Position numbers and translations under genes: made by a program | Shown: positions 1 through 9,780 of the stretch, one piece after another | How positions within the stretch are numbered: position 1 is the first letter of the stretch | Layout: each line of letters begins with the position of its first letter | Source: Candidatus Altimarinota bacterium | GTDB taxonomy: Bacteria; Patescibacteriota; Gracilibacteria; 1-14-2-50-48-13 | Length of the DNA: 64,000 nt | Direction of reading: 5' to 3' | NCBI GenBank assembly: GCA_046314355.1 | Contig: JBKBWQ010000001.1 | Location: forward strand, 1,504,001-1,568,000 | The notes under the pieces: generated by a model | Databases searched by the model: none | The model's input: the letters and a program-made list of their open reading frames with translations, nothing else | What the model was told of the DNA's origin: nothing

Positions 1-2
1 CA

Positions 3-842
3 TTGACGGTACCAGTGCCTGAAGTGAGAGATATCAAGACTCCAGGTAAAAAACCTCAGGTGTATGGTACAACTCAGTATGGTACAACCGTAGTCGCTCA
101 TTTCCAAAGTTTAGTCACATCATCTACTATTGTAGCGGATACAACGACAGGAGACTTTATTGTAGGTTCTGCAACACAGCTTGAAGAGGGACCGCATAAG
201 GTGACTCTCTACGCTATTCTTCCAAATGGACTGAGAAGTGCAGAAGTAACCGTACCATTTGATATCAAGGCTGTGGATACTCTCAACTCTTCTCCACTTA
301 AAGCGGATCTTATGGATGGAGAGGGAAATATCGGTTGGCTTTTCCTAGGATTACTACCTTTACTGCTTCTCGCGTTATTACTCTATACACTTCTCAAAAA
401 GAGAGATACAGTACTCTTTTCAATTACGAAGAAGGATCTCTCAAGAATAGAGACAAGCAAAGTGGGTGAAGCATATTTCTATACTTCAAAGCTTCCTGTG
501 AAAAGGAAGGACCTAGATCTTGCATATACTGCATTTTATCTTAATAAACAGGAAGATACTCATACTATCCTTAGTACATTCAAAAATTCAAAGGAAGGAA
601 CTATTGTACTCTTTGGTAAGATTCTTGATATGACATATCTTGATACTCATGCAGATAATGCTGAAGTTACAAAGGATATGCTGGATCTGAAGCATTTGGA
701 TAAATACAATATACGTTTCTGTTTTGAACAGATAAGTATGGATGCGAAGGCTTTCCCAGAGTTTTATGAAAAGAAATATGTAGATAGTAGAAAATTTGTG
801 AGTGATGTGGCATTAATCGAAGGTGCTGAACAAACTCTGTAA
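3..842 (+). CDS. C-terminal part of a membrane-anchored surface protein (Ig-like domain, TM helix, cytoplasmic domain); 5' truncated by window edge
   Basis: Frame open from window start; beta-rich Ig-like segment (PQVYGTT...LEEGPHKVTLYA), hydrophobic WLFLGLLPLLLLALLLYTLL followed by KKR. Confidence 0.7.
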   Translation: MTVPVPEVRDIKTPGKKPQVYGTTQYGTTVVAHFQSLVTSSTIVADTTTGDFIVGSATQLEEGPHKVTLYAILPNGLRSAEVTVPFDIKAVDTLNSSPLKADLMDGEGNIGWLFLGLLPLLLLALLLYTLLKKRDTVLFSITKKDLSRIETSKVGEAYFYTSKLPVKRKDLDLAYTAFYLNKQEDTHTILSTFKNSKEGTIVLFGKILDMTYLDTHADNAEVTKDMLDLKHLDKYNIRFCFEQISMDAKAFPEFYEKKYVDSRKFVSDVALIEGAEQTL

Positions 843-853
843 ACCGCTATTAG

Positions 854-887
854 AAAAAGACGCCGTAATCATTACGGCGTCTTTTTT
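854..887. terminator. Intrinsic terminator, probably bidirectional
   Basis: AAAAAGACGCCGTAAT-C-ATTACGGCGTCTTTTTT perfect inverted repeat between convergent genes. Confidence 0.85.
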
Positions 888-1035
888 GTAGAACAGTGAA
901 AAAGTGGTGAAATAATAATTGTTTTTCAAGAAACTTTATAGTATACTACTTCGAATAACTTGAATTTAGTTGATTATTCTAAAACAAAAATGAATCTCCA
1001 CAATGTGTTCAGAAAACAGTATGAAACAGTACTTC

Positions 1036-1416
1036 CTACTTCCTAGTCCGCTCCACTACTTCATCAGAAACCCGCCTCACTCGAATAGTCTCAAGTCCAA
1101 GCATATGCGCCTTCGTAAACCTATGCACTCCATCTACAATAATCCACTGATCTCTGAAGAAATAGATATCAATCGGATACTGCATATCAGCTTCATTTAC
1201 TCTCTTTGCATGAGGAGCTTCATTCTCAAAATTCTCCCAGAGCATACGCGGAGACATATTCCAGTCATCAGTTCCTTTAGACTCTAGGTAAGGAATGTCC
1301 AAATTGTTGTCCAGCTCTGATAGCTTTATTTCTTCTACAGGTATCTCTTCTTTCCAGAGAAGTTCTTCTTCAAGCTTGAACCCCGTATCAATTTCTTTTG
1401 GTATCGGCATAAACAC
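1036..1416 (-). CDS. ParB/Sulfiredoxin-like N-terminal domain protein
   Basis: YPIDIY...WIIVDGVHRFTKA..LG..IRVR matches the ParB/Srx DGxHR motif; GTG start overlaps upstream TAG (alternative ATG at 1410). Confidence 0.7.
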   Translation of the reverse strand: MFMPIPKEIDTGFKLEEELLWKEEIPVEEIKLSELDNNLDIPYLESKGTDDWNMSPRMLWENFENEAPHAKRVNEADMQYPIDIYFFRDQWIIVDGVHRFTKAHMLGLETIRVRRVSDEVVERTRK

Positions 1417-2120
1417 TAGTAAATAGATGTATATTTTTCTACTGCAATGATGTGACTGCAGATCTTATGTTTTTCAAAAAAACTGCAGTCGCATTGCCAG
1501 TCCGCAGTAAACACCAGATGACGTGTCTCATGATCTGTAGTCATTGTGATTTCAGGAAATTTACCTGAAAATCTCTCAGATTCTTGTACGTATCTTTTGG
1601 CTTTTGCTATTTTGCCTAGTAATTCCTTTGTATAGATCAGCATTTCTTCACGATTTTCTTTTGTGACTTCTATGAGAATAATGTCCCTCCGCTCCTTGAT
1701 CATAGTAATGATGGGATCTTCGAATACTTTTGAAAGAGTCATAATGGTTGTATTGGGTGCAGCGAAGTATTTCAGAACAAGATCATTTATGAAAGAGATC
1801 GAAAATAACTGCATCTGTCCAATTTCATCCAGATAGAGTAGATCGCTATTTTTAAAATGAGCTACGCAAGGAATAATGCGGTTTAATTCATCAATAGCTA
1901 CATAGTACTTAGAGACTTTAAATAACGTCTTAAAATGAGTACTAGCTAAGAGAGCTTTCTCACTTTTAGATGTTTCGATTTCAAATCCAGTTCTTTCTCC
2001 GTCTTCACGGATTTCATTGGTCGTAAAACCCGTACTGTTTGGATATTCTGAAATTATCTTTTTTATAAAAGTTGATTTTCCAGTCCCAGGCAGACCTGTG
2101 ATAATAATATTTTTTCTCAT
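1416..2120 (-). CDS. THEP1/NTPase_1-family P-loop NTPase fused to C-terminal SWIM zinc finger
   Basis: Walker A GLPGTGKST, GFTTNEIREDGERTGF, Walker B LYLDEIGQM; C-terminal WQCDC-x7-CSH (CxC..CxH). Confidence 0.8.
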   Translation of the reverse strand: MRKNIIITGLPGTGKSTFIKKIISEYPNSTGFTTNEIREDGERTGFEIETSKSEKALLASTHFKTLFKVSKYYVAIDELNRIIPCVAHFKNSDLLYLDEIGQMQLFSISFINDLVLKYFAAPNTTIMTLSKVFEDPIITMIKERRDIILIEVTKENREEMLIYTKELLGKIAKAKRYVQESERFSGKFPEITMTTDHETRHLVFTADWQCDCSFFEKHKICSHIIAVEKYTSIY

Positions 2121-2249
2121 TTACTGCTTTTTTGGATTTATTAATTTCTTTCTATATTTTTTATACAAATATTGCAATCGTAAATACTTTTAACTTACAT
2201 TCTCCCTCCATTTCCGCTATACTTCCAACGTACCCTCTAAAAATCCAAC

Positions 2250-2546
2250 ATGAATGATAATACATCATTGGGTGGATCGGATACTGATTATACACATGAA
2301 ATGCAGGTGGATCCCGCTACGGGTGAAACAATAATGTACGTGTGTCACGGAAGACAATGCGGAAGACATGCAAAATATCTTATGGATCGCCTGAAACAGG
2401 TGCAAGCAAAGGGAATCAAGGTTAGGCCTCACCCATGCGTATGTATGGGACAATGTGAAATCGGTCCCAATGTGCGCGTAAAGAAGAAAATATTCAACCG
2501 CATGAATCCCATCAAAGTATCGGATCTCGCGAAAAAACCAATGTAG
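2250..2546 (+). CDS. Thioredoxin-like [2Fe-2S] ferredoxin
   Basis: VCHGRQC...CMGQCEIGPNVRV (C-x4-C...C-x3-C-x2-GP). Confidence 0.8.
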   Translation: MNDNTSLGGSDTDYTHEMQVDPATGETIMYVCHGRQCGRHAKYLMDRLKQVQAKGIKVRPHPCVCMGQCEIGPNVRVKKKIFNRMNPIKVSDLAKKPM

Positions 2547-2565
2547 GGCACAGTTAAATGTGCTG

Positions 2566-2599
2566 AGACTCACTGTAGAAATACCGTGAGTCTTTTTTT
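2566..2599 (+). terminator. Intrinsic terminator
   Basis: AGACTCAC...GTGAGTCT stem followed by T tract. Confidence 0.7.
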
Positions 2600-2805
2600 G
2601 TTAGTAATTGAGTAAATGGTAATTACATAATTTAGACTCATAGGCTTTTTTTCAATTACTTTCTTACTCAGCTACTTAATTACTTTGCTCAACTCCCTCA
2701 ATCACTAAACAATTTTTTGTCAAATATCACCAAAGTACCATTCTATAAGCCTAGGTTTTCTTCTCAAATTAATGCAAGAGATTTTTCCACTTTTTATTCT
2801 TGATA

Positions 2806-2853
2806 TTACTACATATAGTGCCTAATCTAAAGTTGTAATACTACATATAGTAG
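2806..2853 (+). promoter_or_regulatory. Two tandem NrdR boxes upstream of nrdB
   Basis: ttaCtAcATaTaGtgc (2806-2821) and ataCtAcATaTaGtag (2838-2853) fit consensus acaCwAtATaTwGtgt; starts 32 bp apart. Confidence 0.85.
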
Positions 2854-2913
2854 TTCCGCCTGAATCCACTATATGTGCATTCGTACCCTCTACTTCTCTA
2901 ATCAAGCCTTTTT

Positions 2914-3870
2914 ATGGAGCCAATCTTACAGGCAAACCCTTCTCGATTTGTACTTTTTCCAATTAAATATAGCAAGATCTGGGAACTATATAAGAAAGCG
3001 GAATCCTCCTTTTGGACTGCAGAAGAGATAGATCTATCAGACGATCTTGCGCATTGGGCAAAATTAAATGATGACGAACGCCACTTTATCTCTTATGTCC
3101 TTGCATTCTTTGCAGCATCAGACGGTATTGTAAATGAAAATTTGGCTGTGAACTTCATGAAGGAAGTACAGATCCCTGAGGCTCGATGCTTCTACGGATT
3201 CCAGGTCATGATGGAGAATATCCACTCTGAAACATATTCTCTTCTTTTACAGACATATGTAAAAGAGCCGGCAATGAGAGATCATCTCTTCAATGCAGTG
3301 GAGACTATTCCAAGTGTAAAAAAGAAGGCTGACTGGGCAATGAAATGGATACAGCAGGGAACATTTGCAGAAAGACTTGTAGCCTTCATGGCTGTAGAAG
3401 GTATCTTTTTCTCAGGATCTTTCTGTTCTATCTTCTGGCTAAAGAAGCGGGGACTTATGCCGGGACTATCTTTCTCAAATGAGCTTATTTCCAGAGATGA
3501 AGGAATGCACTGCGAAATGGCGTGTATGCTCTACGGCATGCTTGAAAATAAATTAAGTGAGACTCAGGTACACGATATTGTAAGAAACGCAGTATCCATC
3601 GAGCAGGAGTTTGTAAGTGAATCTCTTCCAGTGGGGCTCATCGGTATGAATGCATCTCTTATGAAACAATATATTGAGTTTGTAGCAGACAGATGGGTAG
3701 GACAGCTTGGATACAAAAAAATATATAACGCTACAAATCCTTTCGATTTCATGGAACTAATCTCCCTCTCAGGAAAGACAAATTTCTTTGAAAAAAGAGT
3801 AGGAGATTATCAGAAAGCTTCGATTGCGACAGGAAGTGAGACTTCCTTTGCACTGGATGCAGAGTTCTAA
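2914..3870 (+). CDS. nrdB: Ribonucleotide reductase class Ia beta subunit (eukaryote/Bacteroidota-like subclass)
   Basis: [58 protein letters not shown]. Confidence 0.97.
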   Translation: MEPILQANPSRFVLFPIKYSKIWELYKKAESSFWTAEEIDLSDDLAHWAKLNDDERHFISYVLAFFAASDGIVNENLAVNFMKEVQIPEARCFYGFQVMMENIHSETYSLLLQTYVKEPAMRDHLFNAVETIPSVKKKADWAMKWIQQGTFAERLVAFMAVEGIFFSGSFCSIFWLKKRGLMPGLSFSNELISRDEGMHCEMACMLYGMLENKLSETQVHDIVRNAVSIEQEFVSESLPVGLIGMNASLMKQYIEFVADRWVGQLGYKKIYNATNPFDFMELISLSGKTNFFEKRVGDYQKASIATGSETSFALDAEF

Positions 3871-3876
3871 TGTGCC

Positions 3877-3982
3877 TGTCATGCCGGGCTAGACCCGGTA
3901 TCTTAAAACACTAATAGTACGAAAAACAATATTAATACCGATATACAAAGCTTTAAGATCCTGAATCAAGTTCAGGATGACA
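3877..3982. repeat. Inverted dimer of TGTC-tagged REP-like palindromes
   Basis: TGTCATGCCGGGCTAGACCCGGTATCTTAAA (3877-3907) and reverse complement of 3952-3982, TGTCATCCTGAACTTGATTCAGGATCTTAAA; each has an internal hairpin. Confidence 0.75.
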
Positions 3983-4038
3983 TATACTCCCCAAATCGCG
4001 TTCGACGCGACTTATTACCAATTACTTATTACTATCCT

Positions 4039-6384
4039 ATGGAAGTTATCAAAAGAGACGGTACCCGAGAAGCTATCATGCTTGATAAGATCACAGAACG
4101 AGTGGTGAAAATGTCTGACGGACTCACAGTAGAGCCTATCGAGATCACAAAACGTGTGGCACTTTCTGTATCAGACGGTATCTCTACCTATGAACTTGAT
4201 ACTCTTGTAGCTGAGACGGCTGCGGCTATGACCACTACTCATCCTGACTACGGTCTTCTTGCAGGACGTATTGCTGCATCCAATCTTCAGAGGAATACTC
4301 TTGAGAGCTTTGCGGATACAGTGGAGAAACTCCATGGCTATACACATCCAAAGAATAATCTTCCATTTCCTCTCATAGCTGATGATGTATATGAAATAGT
4401 AATGAAAAATAGAGAAGTTCTCGACGCAGCAATGGACTACTCAAAGGATCTGACCTACGATTACTTTGGATTCAAGACTCTTGAAAAGAGTTATCTTTTA
4501 AAGATGAATGAAGTAACCATTGAAAGACCTCAGCATATGCTCATGAGAGTTGCTATCGGTATCCACAAAAACGATATCGAGAATGCACTGAAGACCTATA
4601 AGCTTATGTCAGAGGGATTATTTACTCATGCCTCTCCGACACTTTTCAATGCTGGTACGGTAAACCCTCAGATGTCCTCATGTTTCCTTGCATCCATGAA
4701 GGCTGATAGTCTTGATGGTATTTATGATACTTTAAAAGAAGTAGCACTTATCTCCAAATCAGGTTCTGGTCTTTCTGTACATGTACATAATATCCGTTCA
4801 AAGGGATCTTTTATCAAAGGAAACAATGGTATTTCAGCAGGAGTTATACCGATGCTCCGTGTATTTAACGAGACAGCACGGTATGTGGATCAGGCAGGAA
4901 AAAGAAAGGGAGCCTTTGCCATCTATCTTGAGCCTTGGCATGCGGATATCTTTGAATTCCTTGATCTCAAGAAGAATCATGGAAAAGAAGAGATGCGTGC
5001 ACGAGATCTTTTCTACGGACTTTGGGTTTCTGACCTCTTTATGAAGAGAGTAAAAAATAATGAATCCTGGTCACTCTTCGACCCGGCTGTTGCTCCTGGA
5101 CTTGCTGATGTATATGGTGATGAGTTTGAAGCATTGTATACAAAATATGAACAGGAAGGAAAAGCAGACCGAACTGTAAAAGCACAGGATCTTTGGTTTG
5201 CGGTACTTGAATCTCAGATCGAGACAGGGGTTCCTTATATTGGATATAAAGATGCAGTAAATCGAAAATCTAATCAGAAAAATATCGGAGTTATCAAGTC
5301 TAGTAATCTCTGTCATGAAATCTTTGAGGTATCTACTCCTGATGAGACAGCAGTATGTAATCTTGCATCCATAGCACTTCCGCGTATGGTAAAAGATGGG
5401 AAGTTTGATCATCAGATGCTCTATGACGTCTCATATCAAGCGGTCTACAATATGAATAGAGTGATCGACAACAATCAGTATCCAGTGCCTGAGACAAAGA
5501 AATCAAATATGCGTCACAGACCAGTGGGACTTGGTATTCAGGGACTTGCAGATGCGTTTATTCTTATGAGATATCCCTTTGATTCAGAGCATGCAAAGCA
5601 GCTCAATAAAGATATATCTGAGACTATGTACTATGCGGCTCTCAATGCTTCTGCTGACCTTGCGAAGATAGAGGGAACATATGAGACCTATGAGGGATCT
5701 CCAGCTTCTCAGGGAATATTACAGTATGATCTCTGGGATGTGAAGCCGTCAAGCCGTTGGGACTGGGCAGTATTGAAAGAGAAGATCAAAGAAAATGGAC
5801 TAAGAAACTCTCTTCTGATTGCGCTTATGCCTACGGCAACTACAGGACAGATCCTCGGAAATAATGAATGTTTCGAGCCATATACTTCAAATATGTACTC
5901 AAGACGAGTACTCTCAGGAGAGTTTATTCTTGTAAACAAGCATCTTGTAAGGGATCTTGAAGCACTTGGTCTTTGGAATAAGCAGATGAAAGACAGGATC
6001 ATTCTTGCAAACGGATCAGTACAAGGTATCTCAGAAATCCCTGAGGATATCCGCGATCTCTACAAGACCGTATGGGAAATAAGTCAGAAAGTGATCATAG
6101 ATATGGCAGCTGACCGTGGAGCATTCGTCTGCCAGGGACAGAGTATGAATCTCTTTATCAAGGATCCGAATTTTGCGAAGCTTACTTCTATGCATTTCTA
6201 TGCTTGGGAAAAGGGACTTAAAACTGGAATGTATTATCTTCGAACTCAGGCAGCAGCTCAGGCTGTACAGTTTACAGTGGAGACTCCAGCTGCAGCGGCT
6301 ACAAGTGATGTAGAAGAGCAGAAACTTCAGGAGATGGCGACTTCTCTTGGCGGGAAAGAGGATTGTGAGGCGTGCGGGTCGTAG
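4039..6384 (+). CDS. nrdA: Ribonucleotide reductase class Ia alpha subunit with ATP-cone
   Basis: VIKRDG ATP-cone, [36 protein letters not shown]-terminal CEACGS. Confidence 0.98.
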   Translation: MEVIKRDGTREAIMLDKITERVVKMSDGLTVEPIEITKRVALSVSDGISTYELDTLVAETAAAMTTTHPDYGLLAGRIAASNLQRNTLESFADTVEKLHGYTHPKNNLPFPLIADDVYEIVMKNREVLDAAMDYSKDLTYDYFGFKTLEKSYLLKMNEVTIERPQHMLMRVAIGIHKNDIENALKTYKLMSEGLFTHASPTLFNAGTVNPQMSSCFLASMKADSLDGIYDTLKEVALISKSGSGLSVHVHNIRSKGSFIKGNNGISAGVIPMLRVFNETARYVDQAGKRKGAFAIYLEPWHADIFEFLDLKKNHGKEEMRARDLFYGLWVSDLFMKRVKNNESWSLFDPAVAPGLADVYGDEFEALYTKYEQEGKADRTVKAQDLWFAVLESQIETGVPYIGYKDAVNRKSNQKNIGVIKSSNLCHEIFEVSTPDETAVCNLASIALPRMVKDGKFDHQMLYDVSYQAVYNMNRVIDNNQYPVPETKKSNMRHRPVGLGIQGLADAFILMRYPFDSEHAKQLNKDISETMYYAALNASADLAKIEGTYETYEGSPASQGILQYDLWDVKPSSRWDWAVLKEKIKENGLRNSLLIALMPTATTGQILGNNECFEPYTSNMYSRRVLSGEFILVNKHLVRDLEALGLWNKQMKDRIILANGSVQGISEIPEDIRDLYKTVWEISQKVIIDMAADRGAFVCQGQSMNLFIKDPNFAKLTSMHFYAWEKGLKTGMYYLRTQAAAQAVQFTVETPAAAATSDVEEQKLQEMATSLGGKEDCEACGS

Positions 6385-6394
6385 TGAATTGTAA

Positions 6395-6425
6395 CGGCAG
6401 TGTCCCCTGATGGGAGACACTGCCG
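6395..6425. repeat. GC-rich hairpin after nrdA stop (REP-like or 3' stabilising stem)
   Basis: CGGCAGTGTCCCC-TGAT-GGG(A)GACACTGCCG, preceded by GTAA, no T tract. Confidence 0.5.
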
Positions 6426-6450
6426 GGGAAGTTAACTATGAGTAAAGTAT

Positions 6451-6488
6451 AAAGAAAAAGCCCAGTAAACTTACTGGGTTTTTTCTTT
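6451..6488 (+). terminator. Intrinsic terminator for nrdBA, overlapping stop of convergent gene
   Basis: AAAGAAAAAGCCCAGTAA-AC-TTACTGGGTTTTTTCTTT. Confidence 0.7.
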
Positions 6489-6728
6489 AACTAATTTTAC
6501 AAAGTGTCTCATCACGTTTTGCTGAAAGTCTTTATTTTGTACTAATTCAGGAGCATCTCCTTTGTCTTTTGCCGCAACTGTAATCATCATACGTACTGTA
6601 CTCTCGACAGTCTGCATATTTTCATTAATTTCCCGGTCAAGAACATTCATATCTTTATAAAGTCTTTTATATTTTTTTAAACATATTTCTCCGTATTCTT
6701 CTACGGAAGTTAATAATTCCTGAGCCAT
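6471..6728 (-). CDS. Small hypothetical helical protein
   Basis: 85-aa ORF with ATG, fills the gap between nrdA and lemA, plausible composition. Confidence 0.6.
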   Translation of the reverse strand: MAQELLTSVEEYGEICLKKYKRLYKDMNVLDREINENMQTVESTVRMMITVAAKDKGDAPELVQNKDFQQNVMRHFVKLVKEKTQ

Positions 6729-6887
6729 AACCGCTATAAAGATATAATGAGTAAAAATAGTGTAAAAGAAAAGTAAAATATGTAAATAAATATAGAAATA
6801 AATTAGATGTACGTTTAATATACATTATATTCTCTCTTGCTCCATCAGCCTTTTTCCTTACACTTAAGGTAGATATTTTAATCTTCC

Positions 6888-7511
6888 ATGTATATGAATA
6901 AAACACTCGGTGTCGTTGCAGTGATTGCAGCAGTTGTTCTCCTTATTGGTGCTTATTTAGTTTCAGGCTATAACGGTCTGATAGGTCTTCGTGAAGAGGT
7001 AAATACCTCTTGGTCAAAGGTACAGTCTGATTATCAGAGACGGTCAGATTTGATTCCGAATCTTGTTCAGACGGTAAAGGGTGCTGCAGGATTTGAACAG
7101 CAGACTCTTGAAAGAGTAATCCAGGCACGTGCAAGTGCTACTCAGATCACTGTAAATCCTGATAATGCAGGAGATATTGCGAAGTTCCAGCAGGCACAGG
7201 GTGAGCTCTCCAGCGCGCTTAGCAGACTCCTAGTAGTATCTGAGCAGTATCCGCAACTTCAGGCAGTACAGGGATTTAGAGATCTTCAAGTACAGCTCGA
7301 AGGTACTGAGAATAGAATCTCTGTTGCACGAAAGGATTATGGAGATGTAGTAAAAGTATATAATCAGAAAAGAAATTCATTCCCAACTATTATACTAGCA
7401 GGACTCTTTGGATTTCCTGAACGAGCATATTTTGAGGCAGATTCTTCTGCACAGACAGCTCCATCTGTAGATTTCTCAGCGCCAGTAATATTCTCAGGAA
7501 GTACACTTTAA
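6888..7511 (+). CDS. lemA: LemA family protein (start may be 6894)
   Basis: N-terminal TM, YNGL, WSKVQSDYQRRSDLIPNLV, EQYPQL, LEGTENRISVAR. Confidence 0.95.
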   Translation: MYMNKTLGVVAVIAAVVLLIGAYLVSGYNGLIGLREEVNTSWSKVQSDYQRRSDLIPNLVQTVKGAAGFEQQTLERVIQARASATQITVNPDNAGDIAKFQQAQGELSSALSRLLVVSEQYPQLQAVQGFRDLQVQLEGTENRISVARKDYGDVVKVYNQKRNSFPTIILAGLFGFPERAYFEADSSAQTAPSVDFSAPVIFSGSTL

Positions 7512-7517
7512 TAAGTA

Positions 7518-8480
7518 ATGCATTCTTGCATGAGCATTGAATTCAAAAAAATTATAGTTGTGCTGATGCTGTTCCTCCTCGTGGGAATAGCATCAGTATA
7601 TTCAGCATTTGCAAAGAACTTTCCTGTACCGACAGGATTTGTTACTGACTGCTGCAGTCTTCTGACAGAGACTGAACGGCAGACTATAGATAATAAATTA
7701 TCGCAGTTTCAGCAGGAGACCAGTAATCAAATAGCTGTAGCTATTGTTCAGAATCTTGAAGGTGACAGTGTGGAATCCTACGCAAATGAACTTTTTAGAA
7801 CATGGGGAATTGGAGAGAAGACAAAAAATAATGGAGTGCTTCTTTTATTCGGACTTGATGAAAGAAAGATACGTATAGAAGTGGGATACGGACTTGAAGG
7901 CGTGCTCACTGATGCTCTAGCTGGGCGGATTATCAACGATGAGATTACTCCTCTTATGAAACAGAGCCGGTATGCTGATGCTGTTGTAAATGGTACGAAT
8001 GCCATCATGCTTGCCATACAGGGAGAATACTCAGAAGCAACTCCTTCGCTGTATAACGGTGCGGTAGGATCATCAGCAGATGAAGATATGAGCGGAATGG
8101 TGACTGCATTTTTGGGACTCCTTTTCCTCCTCTTTAATAGTGCTATATATGCGATATCATATATGGCGCGTTCAAAGAGTATATGGGCAGGTGGTATTGG
8201 TGGTGGTGCAGTAGGAATAGCTCTTATGTTTATCTTTGGATTTGGCATGATTACGGCTATTGCTACTGGTGTACTTGCTATACTTGGTCTTATCCTCGAT
8301 ATGGTACTTTCTAAAAATTACTCAAGTCTAAAAGCCCAAGGAAAATCTACAAACTTTTGGGAAACTTCAGGAGGACTTTATACTTTTGGAGGTGGTTCAG
8401 GGAGAAGTTCAGGAGGCAGCTCCTTCGGTGGATTTGGAGGCGGATCCAGCGGAGGCGGCGGTGCTAGCGGCGGATGGTAA
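7518..8480 (+). CDS. TPM (TLP18.3/Psb32/MOLO-1) domain membrane protein, YgcG-like
   Basis: WGIGEKTKNNGVLL, RIEVGYGLEGVLTD, TM helices, C-terminal FGGFGGGSSGGGGASGGW; usual partner of lemA; start could be 7530. Confidence 0.92.
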   Translation: MHSCMSIEFKKIIVVLMLFLLVGIASVYSAFAKNFPVPTGFVTDCCSLLTETERQTIDNKLSQFQQETSNQIAVAIVQNLEGDSVESYANELFRTWGIGEKTKNNGVLLLFGLDERKIRIEVGYGLEGVLTDALAGRIINDEITPLMKQSRYADAVVNGTNAIMLAIQGEYSEATPSLYNGAVGSSADEDMSGMVTAFLGLLFLLFNSAIYAISYMARSKSIWAGGIGGGAVGIALMFIFGFGMITAIATGVLAILGLILDMVLSKNYSSLKAQGKSTNFWETSGGLYTFGGGSGRSSGGSSFGGFGGGSSGGGGASGGW

Positions 8481-8494
8481 AGTTTTGACAATTT

Positions 8495-8526
8495 AAAAAA
8501 TCTCAGCATAATACCTGAGATTTTTT
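8495..8526 (+). terminator. Terminator hairpin overlapping a candidate promoter for the next gene
   Basis: AAAAAATCTCAG...CTGAGATTTTTT; TTGACA(8485)-16-CATAAT overlaps it. Confidence 0.6.
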
Positions 8527-8541
8527 ATTACACCTCAAATT

Positions 8542-8793
8542 ATGGATAATAAATGTGACTGCCCGCAGAATGGATATTTACATGTGGATAGTTATGATAG
8601 CAGACTCATTGAGAGTCATTTTTCAAATAATCCTGAAGATAAAAAAGAGGTTGATGAATTTCTTGATGAAAGGAATATTACAAAAAACAGTATTCTACTG
8701 GCATTATGTATAGAGTGCCAAGGATTACGTATAAGAATGAAGTCTAGAATGGATAAGATTTTTGATACGTATAAGGATAAAGGAGTATATTAA
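8542..8793 (+). CDS. Small hypothetical protein, possible Zn-binding (CxC...CxxC)
   Basis: 83 aa, CDC and CIEC, candidate promoter upstream. Confidence 0.55.
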   Translation: MDNKCDCPQNGYLHVDSYDSRLIESHFSNNPEDKKEVDEFLDERNITKNSILLALCIECQGLRIRMKSRMDKIFDTYKDKGVY

Positions 8794-8852
8794 TGAGTTT
8801 TGATGACAGTTGTAATATGACGTGATAAGGTAAAGAAAACATTTCACACTTT

Positions 8853-9758
8853 ATGGAAAATAAAATAGCTGAATATCAGAAAAGATTGCTTGACTGGTAC
8901 AAGCAAAATGGCCGTGATCTTCCCTGGAGAAAAACGAATGATCCATATAAGATCCTGATCTCTGAGGTCATGCTTCAGCAGACACAAGTGGATCGTGTTA
9001 TGCCTAAATATTTTGAATTTTTGGAGAAATTTCCCACTATAGAAGATCTTGCATCTGCATCCAATGGAGATGTGCTTCGTATATGGTCAGGTCTAGGATA
9101 TAACTCACGGGCATTGCGTCTTAAGGCTGTGGCGGAAGAGGCTGTATCCGTGTATGCAGGAAAGCTTCCAGATAACCGTGAGAAGCTGAAAGCATTAAAG
9201 GGAATAGGTGACTACACTTCGGGTGCTATTCTTGCCTTTGCGTATCATAAACCTGTAAGTTTTATCGACACGAATATCAAACGCCTAGTGCACCGTGTAT
9301 TCGTGGGACTTGAACTCCAAGGATGGAGAAAGACAGATAAGGAAATGGTAAAAGTAGTAGACGAAGTATGTGACTTTGAACATGCCTATGAGTATCATCA
9401 AGCGCTTATGGATCTCGGAGCCACTATTTGTAAAGCTACAAAGCTCCATTGCCATATATGTCCTATGAAAGAGATCTGTGATGCCTATGCTGAGATTAAA
9501 GAAAATCCTTTGGTGGTTGCTGAAAAACGTGTGAGTTACAAAAAACAAGGTACTCCTTTCAAGGAATCAAAGCGCTACATACGCGGAGGAGTGGTGGAAT
9601 ATTTAAGAATCAATGCGGAAGGGGCAGGATTTAAAGAGCTGTATGATCTGGTAAACGAGAACCTACGAGAAATGAATGAAACAGAATTGAAAACTATATT
9701 AGGAGATCTGACAAGAGAAGGCATGATTAAAGAAGAAGGCGGAAAATTTCTACTCTAA
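8853..9758 (+). CDS. mutY: A/G-specific adenine DNA glycosylase (short form)
   Basis: RDLPWR, SEVMLQQTQV, WSGLGYNSRA, HhH LKGIGDYT, 4Fe-4S C-x6-C-x2-C-x5-C. Confidence 0.93.
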   Translation: MENKIAEYQKRLLDWYKQNGRDLPWRKTNDPYKILISEVMLQQTQVDRVMPKYFEFLEKFPTIEDLASASNGDVLRIWSGLGYNSRALRLKAVAEEAVSVYAGKLPDNREKLKALKGIGDYTSGAILAFAYHKPVSFIDTNIKRLVHRVFVGLELQGWRKTDKEMVKVVDEVCDFEHAYEYHQALMDLGATICKATKLHCHICPMKEICDAYAEIKENPLVVAEKRVSYKKQGTPFKESKRYIRGGVVEYLRINAEGAGFKELYDLVNENLREMNETELKTILGDLTREGMIKEEGGKFLL

Positions 9759-9780
9759 TAAATACAAGTATAAAAAATTC

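Noticed and set aside
2250-2546. Ferredoxin as dedicated RNR beta-subunit reductant (YfaE-like)
   Set aside because: Different fold from YfaE and separated from nrdB by a terminator and an NrdR-controlled region
2602-2710. CRISPR array or iterons
   Set aside because: Units are degenerate 8-mers with no spacers, and no cas or rep gene is nearby
4039-6384. Intein or group I intron in nrdA/nrdB
   Set aside because: Both ORFs are continuous and of normal length with contiguous motifs
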